Source: Deltaproteobacteria bacterium
GTDB lineage: Bacteria > CALINM01
Length of the DNA stretch: 64,000 nt
NCBI GenBank assembly: GCA_037442505.1
Contig: JBBIPZ010000009.1
Coordinates: 8,618 to 72,617, forward strand
Direction of reading: 5' to 3'
A program made the translations under genes and the position numbers. The stretch's first letter is position 1. Each line of letters begins with the position of its first letter. Under the pieces are notes generated by a model. The model ran no database searches and was not told the origin of the DNA. It worked only from the letters and a program-made list of their open reading frames with translations. Positions 9,118 to 18,851 of this stretch are shown here, piece by piece.

Positions 9118-11343
9118 TTGAAGAATACTTCTAAGATTTTTTCTCGAAATAAAGTTAAAGTTACTTTTTTAACGACTATTTTTTTTACTGTCTTTTTCAT
9201 CTTTAATTTATCAATTACTATTAATGCTGGCTATAAATCTGGCAGACATAAATACAAAGATGGTGAATTGATAATTAAGTTTAAAAAAGGAGTCTCTGCA
9301 TCTAAAGTTGCTGATTCTCATAAAGTTATTGGGGCTAAGGGTTGGAAAAGACTGCATCTTATAAATGCTGAACATGTAATTCTTCCAGAAGGGCTCACTG
9401 TTGAAGAAGCTTTAGAAAGGTACAGGTCCGACCCCAATGTTGAATATGCTGAGCCTAATTACAGAGTTCATAAAGTCAGTTTAACGCCAGATGATTCTTA
9501 CTTTTCTTCACAATGGGGGCTAAAAAAGATCGAGGCTGAGAAGGCGTGGGACATCTCTCGGGGATCAAGTAGTGTGTTGGTTGCAGTACTTGATACAGGA
9601 ATTGATTATAATCACCCCGATCTAAAAGATAATATCTGGCTTAACCCGGATGAGAAATGTAGTGATGGTAATGATAACGATAACAATGAAAAAATAGACG
9701 ATTGTAAAGGTTGGGATTTTGTTAATGATGATAATGATCCAATGGATGATGATAGAAGTGGTAGTGGGTCTCATGGAACACACGTCGCCGGGATAATAGG
9801 TGCGATTGGAAACAATGGTTATGGTGTTGCTGGAGTAAGCTGGCAGGTAAAGTTGATGCCTTTAAAGGTGCTTGATAATAAAGGCAGTGGATATATTTCT
9901 GACATTATTGATGCGATTAATTATGCCAAAAATAAGGGAGCTAAAATTATTAATTTAAGCCTGGAGGCAGAAGAAGCGGAAAGTGGTATAAATTCACTAA
10001 AAGATGCAATGAGCAGTGCTAATGATTGTTTGTTTATTGTTGCAGCTGGAAATAAAGGCTATGATTTAGATAAGATTAATATTTACCCAGCTTCTTTTAA
10101 ATTAGAAAATTTGATATCGGTAGGCGCAACTGATAATAGTGATAGTAAAGGGTATTTCTCAAATTATGGTATTAATACAGTTCATTTAGCAGCACCGGGC
10201 TCCAAAATTTATAGCACTCAAAGTAGAATGGCGCCTGGTTTTGTTAATTACACCACAGCCTTTTTTTATGAAACTGGGACGTCTATGGCAGCACCTTTTG
10301 TTACAGGTGTTGCAGCGTTGTTAAAGGCAAACAATCAAAATCTAACAAACAAAGATATTAAAGAGATCATTCTTGCATCTGTGGATAAAATTAACAACCT
10401 GCCTTTTTTTACGGGGGGGCGTTTAAATGCTTACAAAGCACTAACAATAAATCTTGATGAATTACCGCCATTAAAACCAGAAAATTTGAGCTTTGCAGAG
10501 CAGCCTTCTGCAGGCAACCCTATTAAACTTAAATGGACGGATATCTCAAGCAAAGAAACTAATTACATTTTTGAGAGGAATCTTAGAAATAATGGTTTTA
10601 GCCTTCTTTCAATATTACCAGCAAACCAGAACACTTATACAGATAATATCTCACTTCAAGAGGGTGACATCGTATCTTATAGAGTTTATGCAGAAAACAG
10701 TAAAGGTAAATCTGATTATGTAGAGCTTAGCTTTTCTATTCCACTCTATCAACCAGAGAACCTTGTTGCTACTAAAATTGGTGGTGGAATAAAGCTTAGC
10801 TGGGATGACAAAACCGATAAAGAAGATGGTTACGAAATATGGCGACAGTCTGGGACAAATGATTACCAAATGATCGCTACTGTAGACAAAGATGTTACTG
10901 TTTACAACGATACTAACCTTAGTAGTAATGAAACCTTTTACTATTATAAGGTTCGTGCATACAACAGTCAGAAAGTTTATTCTTATTATTCCAACGAGGC
11001 ATTTGTACGATTTCAAATACAATCATCTTCTGGTAGTAAAAGCTGTTTCATCGCAACTGCTGCTTATGGCACTCCTTACCATCCAGATATAGATGTGCTA
11101 CGAAACTTTCGTGATAAATACTTATTAAACTTTGACTTGGGAAGAGCCTTTGTAAAGCTTTATTATAAATTTTCTCCACCCGTAGCTCATGTAATCAGTA
11201 AAAGCTTACTTTTAAGGGCGATTGTTTTATCATTGTTACTACCTATAGTTTATCTGATAAAGTTTCCGGTAACATATTTTCTGATTTTGTTTATGCTACT
11301 GTTTTTGCTAAAAAAAAGACGTATTATCAAGTTTTGTAAATAA
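9118..11343 (+). CDS. Secreted subtilisin-like S8 protease with FN3 domains and C-terminal CFI-box-CTERM
   Basis: Signal peptide and prodomain; triad motifs VLDTG, HGTHVAG, GTSMAAP; two FN3-like repeats; SCFIATAAYG...LRNFRD...YYKFSPP followed by TM and basic tail. Confidence 0.93.
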   Translation: MKNTSKIFSRNKVKVTFLTTIFFTVFFIFNLSITINAGYKSGRHKYKDGELIIKFKKGVSASKVADSHKVIGAKGWKRLHLINAEHVILPEGLTVEEALERYRSDPNVEYAEPNYRVHKVSLTPDDSYFSSQWGLKKIEAEKAWDISRGSSSVLVAVLDTGIDYNHPDLKDNIWLNPDEKCSDGNDNDNNEKIDDCKGWDFVNDDNDPMDDDRSGSGSHGTHVAGIIGAIGNNGYGVAGVSWQVKLMPLKVLDNKGSGYISDIIDAINYAKNKGAKIINLSLEAEEAESGINSLKDAMSSANDCLFIVAAGNKGYDLDKINIYPASFKLENLISVGATDNSDSKGYFSNYGINTVHLAAPGSKIYSTQSRMAPGFVNYTTAFFYETGTSMAAPFVTGVAALLKANNQNLTNKDIKEIILASVDKINNLPFFTGGRLNAYKALTINLDELPPLKPENLSFAEQPSAGNPIKLKWTDISSKETNYIFERNLRNNGFSLLSILPANQNTYTDNISLQEGDIVSYRVYAENSKGKSDYVELSFSIPLYQPENLVATKIGGGIKLSWDDKTDKEDGYEIWRQSGTNDYQMIATVDKDVTVYNDTNLSSNETFYYYKVRAYNSQKVYSYYSNEAFVRFQIQSSSGSKSCFIATAAYGTPYHPDIDVLRNFRDKYLLNFDLGRAFVKLYYKFSPPVAHVISKSLLLRAIVLSLLLPIVYLIKFPVTYFLILFMLLFLLKKRRIIKFCK

Positions 11344-11391
11344 AGAAGGATAGAGGTTTTTTTCGTTTGCCTTCACTTTACCAGAATGACA

Positions 11392-11491
11392 AAAATCCCC
11401 CTTCATCCCCCTTTGGTTAAAAGGGGTAACAACATGAAGTCAAATGTTTTTCGTATTCCTCTCTTTGCAAAAGAGGGGAAAGGGGAGATTT
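11392..11491. repeat. Paired REP-like palindromic elements in inverted orientation
   Basis: AAATCCCCCTTCATCCCCCTTTGGTTAAAAGGGG ... CCTCTCTTTGCAAAAGAGGGGAAAGGGGAGATTT; each unit is a hairpin and the two units are imperfectly complementary. Confidence 0.7.
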
Positions 11492-11654
11492 GATATATTC
11501 GTGTCAATCTGTGTGACAACGAAGAATCTCAACCAAAGGAAGACCTTTTTAAAGGTCACAAGCTGTACCACGCTATTTTTTAAACATACCTTTACTTTTT
11601 TTGATGTGATGATTATAATAATAAAAAAATCAGAAATATGTGAGGTGTTTTGCC

Positions 11655-11915
11655 ATGCCAACTTATGAGTATTTGTGTGAGAAATGTGGCTATGTTTTCG
11701 AAGCAAGTCAAAAGATAACCGATGAACCTTTAAAAGAATGTCCCAAATGTGAGGGGGCTGTTAAACGTTTAATCTCTTCTGGAAATTTTATCTTAAAAGG
11801 TAGCGGCTGGTATCTTACGGATTATGCTAAATCTTCTGTGCCAGCTAAACAAGAAAAAAGCAATTCTTGTGGTAGTTTGCCCGCATGCAGCAGTTGTCCT
11901 TCATCTACAAAGTAA
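11655..11915 (+). CDS. FmdB-family zinc-ribbon protein
   Basis: [12 protein letters not shown]...CPKC...LIS...[13 protein letters not shown]. Confidence 0.92.
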   Translation: MPTYEYLCEKCGYVFEASQKITDEPLKECPKCEGAVKRLISSGNFILKGSGWYLTDYAKSSVPAKQEKSNSCGSLPACSSCPSSTK

Positions 11916-11918
11916 AAG

Positions 11919-12113
11919 ATGGATGGGCTAACTCTATTAATTTTAGTTTGTGTAGCCCTGTTTAGCCTGTTTATTTTTTTTAAAGTTTTGAAATTGGTGG
12001 GCAAGCTCGTTTTTCTGTTTTTACTGCTTGCAGGAGTACTATATTTTTGGGCTAAATTCCATTCACAGAGTTTCGAAATGTTTTATTTACAGATTAAGGG
12101 CTTTTTTAAGTGA
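11919..12113 (+). CDS. Small two-TM membrane protein
   Basis: Hydrophobic 64-aa ORF tightly coupled to both neighbours. Confidence 0.65.
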   Translation: MDGLTLLILVCVALFSLFIFFKVLKLVGKLVFLFLLLAGVLYFWAKFHSQSFEMFYLQIKGFFK

Positions 12114-14209
12114 AGAAGAATATTCTTGTTGCAGCATTTCTATCGATAGCGTTTTTTATAGTCTACCTTTTTCATATTCCTCCCACGTTTGTTTTTGGGG
12201 ACGCACCCGAGCTTGCTCTCGCATCTTTATCGCTTGGTATTGCGCACGCACCAGGTTATCCTCTATATTCTTTGATTACACATCTTTTTAGTTACCTTGT
12301 ACCTTTGGCAGACTATGCGTTAAGATGCAATATATTTTCTGCGTTTGTTTCTTCTGTGACGATTTTTTTATTGTATCTTTTACTGACTAATTTAAAGGTT
12401 GGAGCTATTTCTGCTTTTATATCGTTAGTTTTGTTTGGTTTGTCGGAACTTTTTTTTAAACAGGCTATAATTTCAGAAGTTTACAGTTTAAACTCTCTGT
12501 TTTTTGTGATTTTTCTTTATATCACTGTTAAATATGAGCAGTCAAAGGATGCAAGGTTTTTGTTTTTAATATTATTTTTGTCAGCTTTAGGACTTGGCAA
12601 CCATCACACAATTCTTTCTGCAATCTTTGTTATTTTGCTTTACTTTTTTGTTTTTAATCGTAACTATAGATTAATTTTGCCCATTTTTTTGTTTTTTATA
12701 TTGGGCGTTTCTGTTTATCTTTATTTGCCTGTTCGTGCAACTGCTGAACCGGGTATCAACTTTGGAGATCCCAAAACAATCGAAAACTTCTGGCAGGTTG
12801 TGACAAGGTGGCAGTTTGGTTTTGCAGGAAGAGAATATACGTTAGACTCTTTTGTTATACAAAGTATAGATTTTTTTTATTTTATTAACAGGCAGTTTTA
12901 CGCCGTTTTCTTGCTTTTGATGATTTTTGGTATATTCTTGTTTTTTAAATTTAATATCAGGTTGTTTTTTGTTTTCTTTGCTATCTTTTTGGTAAATGGC
13001 ATCATCACAATTTATGTTTTAAATCCTGATAAAGATGAGTTTTTTCTTGTGCACGAGTTTTTAACTCCGTCGTTAATCGTTTCTGTCTGTTTCTTTGCTC
13101 TGGCGTTTGATTGGTTGGGGCGGCGGAGAATTGTTAGTGTATTACTGACGTTGGTTTTACTATCATCTGCAGCATATAAATATTTTAATCAGATGCCTGC
13201 TTTGAATCAAAAAAATAATATTTTTGCTAAGAAACTTGCTAATGACTCACTTATTATATTGCCAGAAAGGGCTGTTGTTATAGGTGAATCTGATTATACT
13301 TTGTTTCCGCTTTTTTATTTGCAGGAAGTCTATAATTTAAGAAAAGATGTGACTGTTTTAGATGCTGATTTTTTTATGTTGCCATGGTATCAGCAACAAC
13401 AAATCAAAAAGCTTCCTTTTTTAAAAGACCTGATGCCTGACATAATGGAACACAGTGGTGGAAAAGGTAAGCTTAAAATAGATTTTACTGCTTTAGAGTC
13501 TTTTAAGATTAATCAGGCATTTCTTCTGGCAAAAAACGTCTCAGAAAGGTTAAAGACAGAAGTTTTTTTTACATACGATTTTGCTGAAATGGCAAAATTA
13601 TATCGCCCTGACATAGCTGCAAGACTTGCCCCTTATGGTACACTTTATAAGGTTTTTATATCTGAACAACCAAAAGAGTATTATCCACCATATGATACCT
13701 TACCATTTACCAGAACTATCTATCTACAACCTGAAGAAGCTTTGCTTTTAACTCCATATTTACCATACTTGTTTAAAGATGTTGAAATAGCATATCTACA
13801 AAAGGACTTTTCTAAGTCTGCACGTATTTTTGAAAATATTTACATGATTACCCCTACAATTTACAATGCCGCAAATCTTGTAATAATGCTTGCGGAAGAA
13901 GGTAAAAAGATCAGTAAAGCACAGAAATTAATTGATAATGTTATTTCAGGATTGAGTGTGCCAGACCCAAAGGTTTATTTAGCCAAAGGTGTTGTTGAAT
14001 TGAAAAAGGGTAATCTTAGCGATTCAATCAACATTTTAAGCGGTATCGAAGCCAGGTATCCCCAGATATGTGAGGCTTCTTTTTATCTTGTTGAGGCTTA
14101 CTTGAAGTCTGGAGAACAGGCAAAAGGAAGACTTGCATACGAAAGGGTTATGAGGGACTGTAACGATTATTATAAGCAGCGTGCTGCAGCTCTTATGAAT
14201 CAAAGGTAA
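12110..14209 (+). CDS. DUF2723/TMEM260-like GT-C glycosyltransferase with C-terminal TPRs
   Basis: GDAPEL...LGIAHAPGYPLY, SEVYSL, GNHHT, YLYLPVRA...INFGDP, DYTLFPLFYLQ; many TM helices. Confidence 0.85.
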   Translation: MKKNILVAAFLSIAFFIVYLFHIPPTFVFGDAPELALASLSLGIAHAPGYPLYSLITHLFSYLVPLADYALRCNIFSAFVSSVTIFLLYLLLTNLKVGAISAFISLVLFGLSELFFKQAIISEVYSLNSLFFVIFLYITVKYEQSKDARFLFLILFLSALGLGNHHTILSAIFVILLYFFVFNRNYRLILPIFLFFILGVSVYLYLPVRATAEPGINFGDPKTIENFWQVVTRWQFGFAGREYTLDSFVIQSIDFFYFINRQFYAVFLLLMIFGIFLFFKFNIRLFFVFFAIFLVNGIITIYVLNPDKDEFFLVHEFLTPSLIVSVCFFALAFDWLGRRRIVSVLLTLVLLSSAAYKYFNQMPALNQKNNIFAKKLANDSLIILPERAVVIGESDYTLFPLFYLQEVYNLRKDVTVLDADFFMLPWYQQQQIKKLPFLKDLMPDIMEHSGGKGKLKIDFTALESFKINQAFLLAKNVSERLKTEVFFTYDFAEMAKLYRPDIAARLAPYGTLYKVFISEQPKEYYPPYDTLPFTRTIYLQPEEALLLTPYLPYLFKDVEIAYLQKDFSKSARIFENIYMITPTIYNAANLVIMLAEEGKKISKAQKLIDNVISGLSVPDPKVYLAKGVVELKKGNLSDSINILSGIEARYPQICEASFYLVEAYLKSGEQAKGRLAYERVMRDCNDYYKQRAAALMNQR

Positions 14210-15185
14210 ACTTGTGTTGATATGATTCTGTAGCAACTTTTATAGTTTTATTGTTTTCCTTAATGTAAAAGCCTGCTTTGACAATTTTGCCGATTTTTGT
14301 AATTGGGATTTTTAACTCTCTTGAAATCTTTAATATATCGTTATGGTGCTTTTCTCTTGTAGTGAATAAAAGCTGATAGTCATCACCCCCGTTAAGAACA
14401 AAGTTTATGTATTCTTCTTTTTTAAATAGTGTCTTTAGCAGTTTAAGAGTAGGGAGACTTGTAATATCAAGTAACGCCCCTTTATTGCTTTCTTCAAGGA
14501 TATGTTTTAGGTCTCCTAAAAGCCCATCACTAATATCAATCATCGAAGTAACAATCGCTTTTTTACGCAAAAGGTTACCCAATGCAATCTGCGCTATTGG
14601 TTTTTCATAAGCATTGAGAAGTTTTTTGGGTACATCTTTTTTTGCTTTTAGCAATGCTAAACCAGCAGATGCCAGTCCTAAATCTCCAGAAACGTAAATG
14701 TTATCTGAAACTAATGCGCCAGTGCGGAATACTGGCTTTGCATCGCAAACACCTATAACTGCAACCGTAATTGCGGTTGCTTTAGATTTGGTAATATCTC
14801 CGCCGACGAGTTCAGTGTTGTAATACTTACATGCATGCTTTATACCAGAAGAGATTGCTTTAAAAGAAGTCTTGTTAAAATTTGTTGAAATTGCAAGACT
14901 TACGAGAATATATTTTGGTATTCCTCCCATAGCAGCTATATCACTAATAGCACGGGACACCGCCTTAAACCCTATGTTTTTAATATTTTTTTGTATTGTC
15001 ATGTCAAAATGAATATTTTCGACCATATTGTCAATTGTCAGCAAAGTATATTTACCTTGATTTTTAACTACTGCACAGTCATCCCCAATACCTTTTATGA
15101 CATAGGGAGAATATGATAATTTTTTTCTTATCTCTTTGATCAGTTCAAATTCAGTGTATATTGATGACATCTCAGTCATGCTCAA
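14193..15185 (-). CDS. thiL: Thiamine-phosphate kinase
   Basis: EFELI, GIGDDCAV, ISDIAAMGG, LVGGD, DISDGL, GGDDYQL. Confidence 0.95.
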   Translation of the reverse strand: MSMTEMSSIYTEFELIKEIRKKLSYSPYVIKGIGDDCAVVKNQGKYTLLTIDNMVENIHFDMTIQKNIKNIGFKAVSRAISDIAAMGGIPKYILVSLAISTNFNKTSFKAISSGIKHACKYYNTELVGGDITKSKATAITVAVIGVCDAKPVFRTGALVSDNIYVSGDLGLASAGLALLKAKKDVPKKLLNAYEKPIAQIALGNLLRKKAIVTSMIDISDGLLGDLKHILEESNKGALLDITSLPTLKLLKTLFKKEEYINFVLNGGDDYQLLFTTREKHHNDILKISRELKIPITKIGKIVKAGFYIKENNKTIKVATESYQHKFTFDS

Positions 15186-15828
15186 CTCTTACAAAAATCG
15201 CCTGAGCAATGTCTTTGTCAACAGCAAACTCGCTATTCCCAATTTGAAATAGGCAACTTGGGAATGTTTGTTTGACTGTGATTTTGACTCCTGGTAGAAT
15301 TCCCATTGATGCAAGGCTCTGTAAATTTTTTTGTGCTACGCCTTGTATATACGCTATCTTACCAGCCTGTCCAAATTTTAGCTGACTTAACGGTTGAACG
15401 TATTTGTCTCCTACCTTTAAGTTAGCCTTACAACAAGGTCCTGCAGGAATAGGATTGCCATGTGGACAGGTCTTTGGGTGTCCTAATAGTGTGCATACTT
15501 TATCTTCGATACCTTCTTTAAGGTAATGCTCAATCTTGCACGCAGTCTCATGAATACTGCTCCCGCTTAAATCAAGAACATCTACAAGTAGCTTTTCTGC
15601 AAGTCTATGTCTTCTGACAACATTTTCACCTTTTGCGTCACCATCATTTGTTAACGATATGTTGTCATCTTCCACAGTTATAAGTTTTTTGCTAAGAAGC
15701 TCCTTGATTTCTTCTGAATCTTTTTCTACGCCGAGCACATTAAAAGAGAGCTCTTTTTTATTTCTCTCTTTTTTTGAGATCCATAACATCTCTAAAATTT
15801 CTTCAATTTTTTCAAGTAATGGTGTCAT
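15172..15828 (-). CDS. DtxR/MntR-like metal-binding protein with C-terminal FeoA domain
   Basis: RRHRLAE..L, ACKIEH, LLGHPKTCPHGNPIP, then FeoA-like LSQLKFGQAGKI...LASMGILPG. Confidence 0.88.
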   Translation of the reverse strand: MTPLLEKIEEILEMLWISKKERNKKELSFNVLGVEKDSEEIKELLSKKLITVEDDNISLTNDGDAKGENVVRRHRLAEKLLVDVLDLSGSSIHETACKIEHYLKEGIEDKVCTLLGHPKTCPHGNPIPAGPCCKANLKVGDKYVQPLSQLKFGQAGKIAYIQGVAQKNLQSLASMGILPGVKITVKQTFPSCLFQIGNSEFAVDKDIAQAIFVRVEHD

Positions 15829-15839
15829 CTTTGCTCCTT

Positions 15840-15992
15840 TTATTCTTTTATTTCAACGGTTTTGTCAAGTGGAAATTCGTATCCACAATTCGGGCATTTA
15901 ATCAGCCCGCAACCTTTTTTACCACATGCTGCACATGCTTTGCCAGCTTCTTCTCTTTTAAATTTTTTACCACACAGAGGGCAGACAATCAT
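15840..15992 (-). CDS. Small Cys-rich protein (50 aa) in the feoB operon
   Basis: Manual translation MIVCPLCGKKFKREEAGKACAACGKKGCGLIKCPNCGYEFPLDKTVEIKE; SD GAGG; fills the gap between feoB and the DtxR-FeoA gene. Confidence 0.85.
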   Translation of the reverse strand: MIVCPLCGKKFKREEAGKACAACGKKGCGLIKCPNCGYEFPLDKTVEIKE

Positions 15993-16004
15993 TTATTACC
16001 TCAC

Positions 16005-17957
16005 TTATAATTTTATACCTGTCATAATTAAAATCAAATGTAGTAAATATCCAACCATCATAGAGAAGATTAAAACAAAACCAGCAATGTACAATCCAGT
16101 TTTCATGCCTCTTTCCTTAATTGTCATTATAAATTGGGCAATGCAGGGAAGAAAAAGAGTGAGCATAACAGACATTATCAAAAGTTCATTGTTATTAAAA
16201 ACTCCGTTTTTATGCATATCATAAAGTCCCGCAGCACCATAGTCTCTTCTAAAAAAGCCAAATAAAAAAACTACAGCCGCCTCTTTTGGTAAGCCAATAA
16301 ATTTTATGAAAAATGCAATAATTTTGATCAAAAAATCGAAAATACCTGTTATTCTCCCTACCCATATAAACAAACTTGCGTAAATGAAAAGTGGTATCAC
16401 CTCTTTAAAGTACCAAACAAGCCTTGTGTATGTTTTTACAAAAATATTTTGTAGCTTTGGTATTCTAACAGGTGGTATTTCAACAAAAAACAGTGTCTTT
16501 TCACCTTTTATTAGTTTGCCTGATAGATAGCCGACCAGAATAAAAACAAGAAAAAGTATAGAGACCCAGATGCCAAGAAGGGCAGGGGAATGGCTTAGAA
16601 CCGCTAACATTACCCCTAACTGTGCAGAACAAGGTACAGCAAGAGATAATAAAATCGTAGTAATTATACGTTCTTTTTTGGTACTCAGTGTCCTTGTAAC
16701 CATGGTTGCCATAGTATCGCATCCAAAACCAAGCACTAATGGTATTACAGCCCTTCCAGTAAGTCCAATTTTTTTGAAAAATCTGTCTAAAAGCATTGCT
16801 AACCGTGGGAGATATCCACTATCTTCAAGTATCGAAAAGAACAAGAAAAATGTAGTAACAATAGGAAATATGATTGCAATAGCATACTTGATACCCAGGG
16901 TGATTATACCGTAATCCCTGATTAATAGTTCTTTCAACACTTCATAAGGAATGTTTTTTTCAATAAAATTGACAAATCCCGGTAATAAAAATTTTTCAAA
17001 AATTTCGGTTTCAATAAAATCTACAAGAAATCCCGCACCAAACTCTCCAACAAACTTATATAAACCTAAATATAAAACTAAAAACAGAATCGGGTAACCC
17101 CAAATATATGACATAGTGATTTTGCTCAAAAAGTTGACAAAGTTATTTTGTTTTTTTACTGTATCGTTATTAATAACCTTTTGTGCTATGGAAGTTGCTT
17201 CTAATTGACGCTTTAGTGCCATTGCATAATCAATAGACATCCTTAGCTGTTCTATCAATTTACGCCTTAGTTCATCAACCACTTCTATAGTATTTTTACC
17301 TTCAATTTCTAACACCTTTTCAGTTGTAATTTTATCCTGTTGGATGAGCATCGAAGCAATAATCCTTTTGGAAACCGTATAGTTGCCTTTTAGTAAAGTT
17401 TCAATATTTGTAATGGTCTTTTCAATTACTTCGTCAAATTTCAAAAGATTTGGGGTTTTTACACCGTAATTAATAATATAGTTAAAAACGGTTTTTATCC
17501 CTCGCTTTTTTATTGATATGGTAGGAATAACTGGTACGCCGAGTATCTTTGAAAGAAGCTCGTGGTCAATTTTGATGCCTGATCTTTCTGCCTCATCCAT
17601 CATATTTAGAACGACTATAACCGGGATGCCTGTTTCGATGAGCTGGAATGTAAGAGGCAACATACGCTCAATGTTTTTGGCATCCAGTACATTGATTATG
17701 ATGTCTGCGTTTTGAAAGAAGATAAAGTCTCTTGCAACTCTTTCTTCCTCTGAAATTGGTAGCATTGAATACATACCCGGCGTATCTATAATCTTTATTT
17801 CGCAACCTGATTTGTAAACGACTCCTTCTGTAACCTCTACAGTTGTGCCAGGGTAGTTGGAAACGGCTACATACTTACCTGTCATGGAATTAAAAAGAGC
17901 ACTCTTCCCAACATTAGGATTGCCTACAAGTAAAACAGTAATTTTTCTATTATTCAT
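16005..17957 (-). CDS. feoB: Ferrous iron transporter FeoB
   Basis: GNPNVGKS, NYPGTTVE, DTPG, NMMD, LEDSGYLPR, GFGC, PCSAQ. Confidence 0.97.
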   Translation of the reverse strand: MNNRKITVLLVGNPNVGKSALFNSMTGKYVAVSNYPGTTVEVTEGVVYKSGCEIKIIDTPGMYSMLPISEEERVARDFIFFQNADIIINVLDAKNIERMLPLTFQLIETGIPVIVVLNMMDEAERSGIKIDHELLSKILGVPVIPTISIKKRGIKTVFNYIINYGVKTPNLLKFDEVIEKTITNIETLLKGNYTVSKRIIASMLIQQDKITTEKVLEIEGKNTIEVVDELRRKLIEQLRMSIDYAMALKRQLEATSIAQKVINNDTVKKQNNFVNFLSKITMSYIWGYPILFLVLYLGLYKFVGEFGAGFLVDFIETEIFEKFLLPGFVNFIEKNIPYEVLKELLIRDYGIITLGIKYAIAIIFPIVTTFFLFFSILEDSGYLPRLAMLLDRFFKKIGLTGRAVIPLVLGFGCDTMATMVTRTLSTKKERIITTILLSLAVPCSAQLGVMLAVLSHSPALLGIWVSILFLVFILVGYLSGKLIKGEKTLFFVEIPPVRIPKLQNIFVKTYTRLVWYFKEVIPLFIYASLFIWVGRITGIFDFLIKIIAFFIKFIGLPKEAAVVFLFGFFRRDYGAAGLYDMHKNGVFNNNELLIMSVMLTLFLPCIAQFIMTIKERGMKTGLYIAGFVLIFSMMVGYLLHLILIMTGIKL

Positions 17958-17979
17958 CTTCGCTCCCGTAACTTTTATT

Positions 17980-17998
17980 GATAATGATTTTCATTATA
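17980..17998. promoter_or_regulatory. Fur box upstream of feoB
   Basis: GATAATGATTTTCATTATA matches 16/19 positions of the classical GATAATGATAATCATTATC consensus, about 20 nt from the feoB start. Confidence 0.85.
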
Positions 17999-18069
17999 CT
18001 GTTTTAAAACTTTTTTGTAAAGAAGTTTTTTATCATATATAATTATACAAGAATGGAGGAATTTAAATT

Positions 18070-18648
18070 ATGGAAAAAGAAAATTTTTTATCGATAATAT
18101 ACAGATTAAACGAGAAAGACGAGATAATCTACGTTAACGAAGAGTGGGATAAATTTGCTAAAGAGAATGATGGCATACCAGAAAATTTGAGCAAGAATGT
18201 TTAAAACAAGAAGATATGGAGCTTTATAGATGGTTTTGAGACAAAACACCTGTATCAGGCAATATTAGAAAATGTAAGGCGTTACAAAAGAACAGCTAAT
18301 ATTAGCATAATGTGTGATGGGCCAACAATTGTTAGAGCAATAGATATTGCTATAAAACCTCTTGAAAATAATTTTATAGAGTTTGATTGTGCTATAAAAA
18401 AGCAATATGAGCGTCCGCAAGTGATGCTTCTTGATAGGAATGTTAAAAGGTCAAATGATTTTATTAAGATGTGTAGTTACTGTAAGGCAATTAATCTTGA
18501 AAATGAATGGTTAGAAACAGAAAAAGCTGTCGCAAAACTTTCTCTTTTTTATAAAAGGGAGTTGCCTCAAATTTCTCATGGTATTTGCCATGACTGTTAT
18601 AAAAACGTGATGGACGAGTTAGAAAGATTAAGACAAAAAACTGCTTAA
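18070..18648 (+). pseudogene. PAS-like protein with C-terminal CxxC...HGICxxC module, interrupted by an in-frame TAA
   Basis: SD GGAGG and ATG 18070 give MEKENFLSIIYRLNEKDEIIYVNEEWDKFAKENDG...KNV*NKKIWSFIDGFETKHLY, in frame with track ORF 18310..18648; stop at 18202-18204. Confidence 0.8.
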
Positions 18649-18851
18649 ATATATTTACAGCATGAGAAAGAAAAAAACGACTGTTCCTGAAAAGAAGGCT
18701 TGTAGCGAAACTGAGTATATGTTACAAAATATTTAAGTATTTGACGCACTATAATTTTAGCTACGTTTACCTTACCTTCTTGACAACTTACTGTAAATAA
18801 GCTATTTCTTAGTATATAAAAATTGTTATAATCACATTTTGGGGGAGGATA

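Noticed and set aside
11440-11706. Two short ORFs in the repeat-containing intergenic region
   Set aside because: No SD or motifs; they translate the palindromic repeat and AT-rich promoter DNA.
15774-16224. Plus-strand ORFs over the feoB/DtxR junction
   Set aside because: Antisense to feoB and to the Cys-rich mini-gene, which has the SD and motif support.
18202-18204. Stop-codon reassignment or Sec/Pyl read-through
   Set aside because: The codon is TAA, which ends many normal genes in this window.
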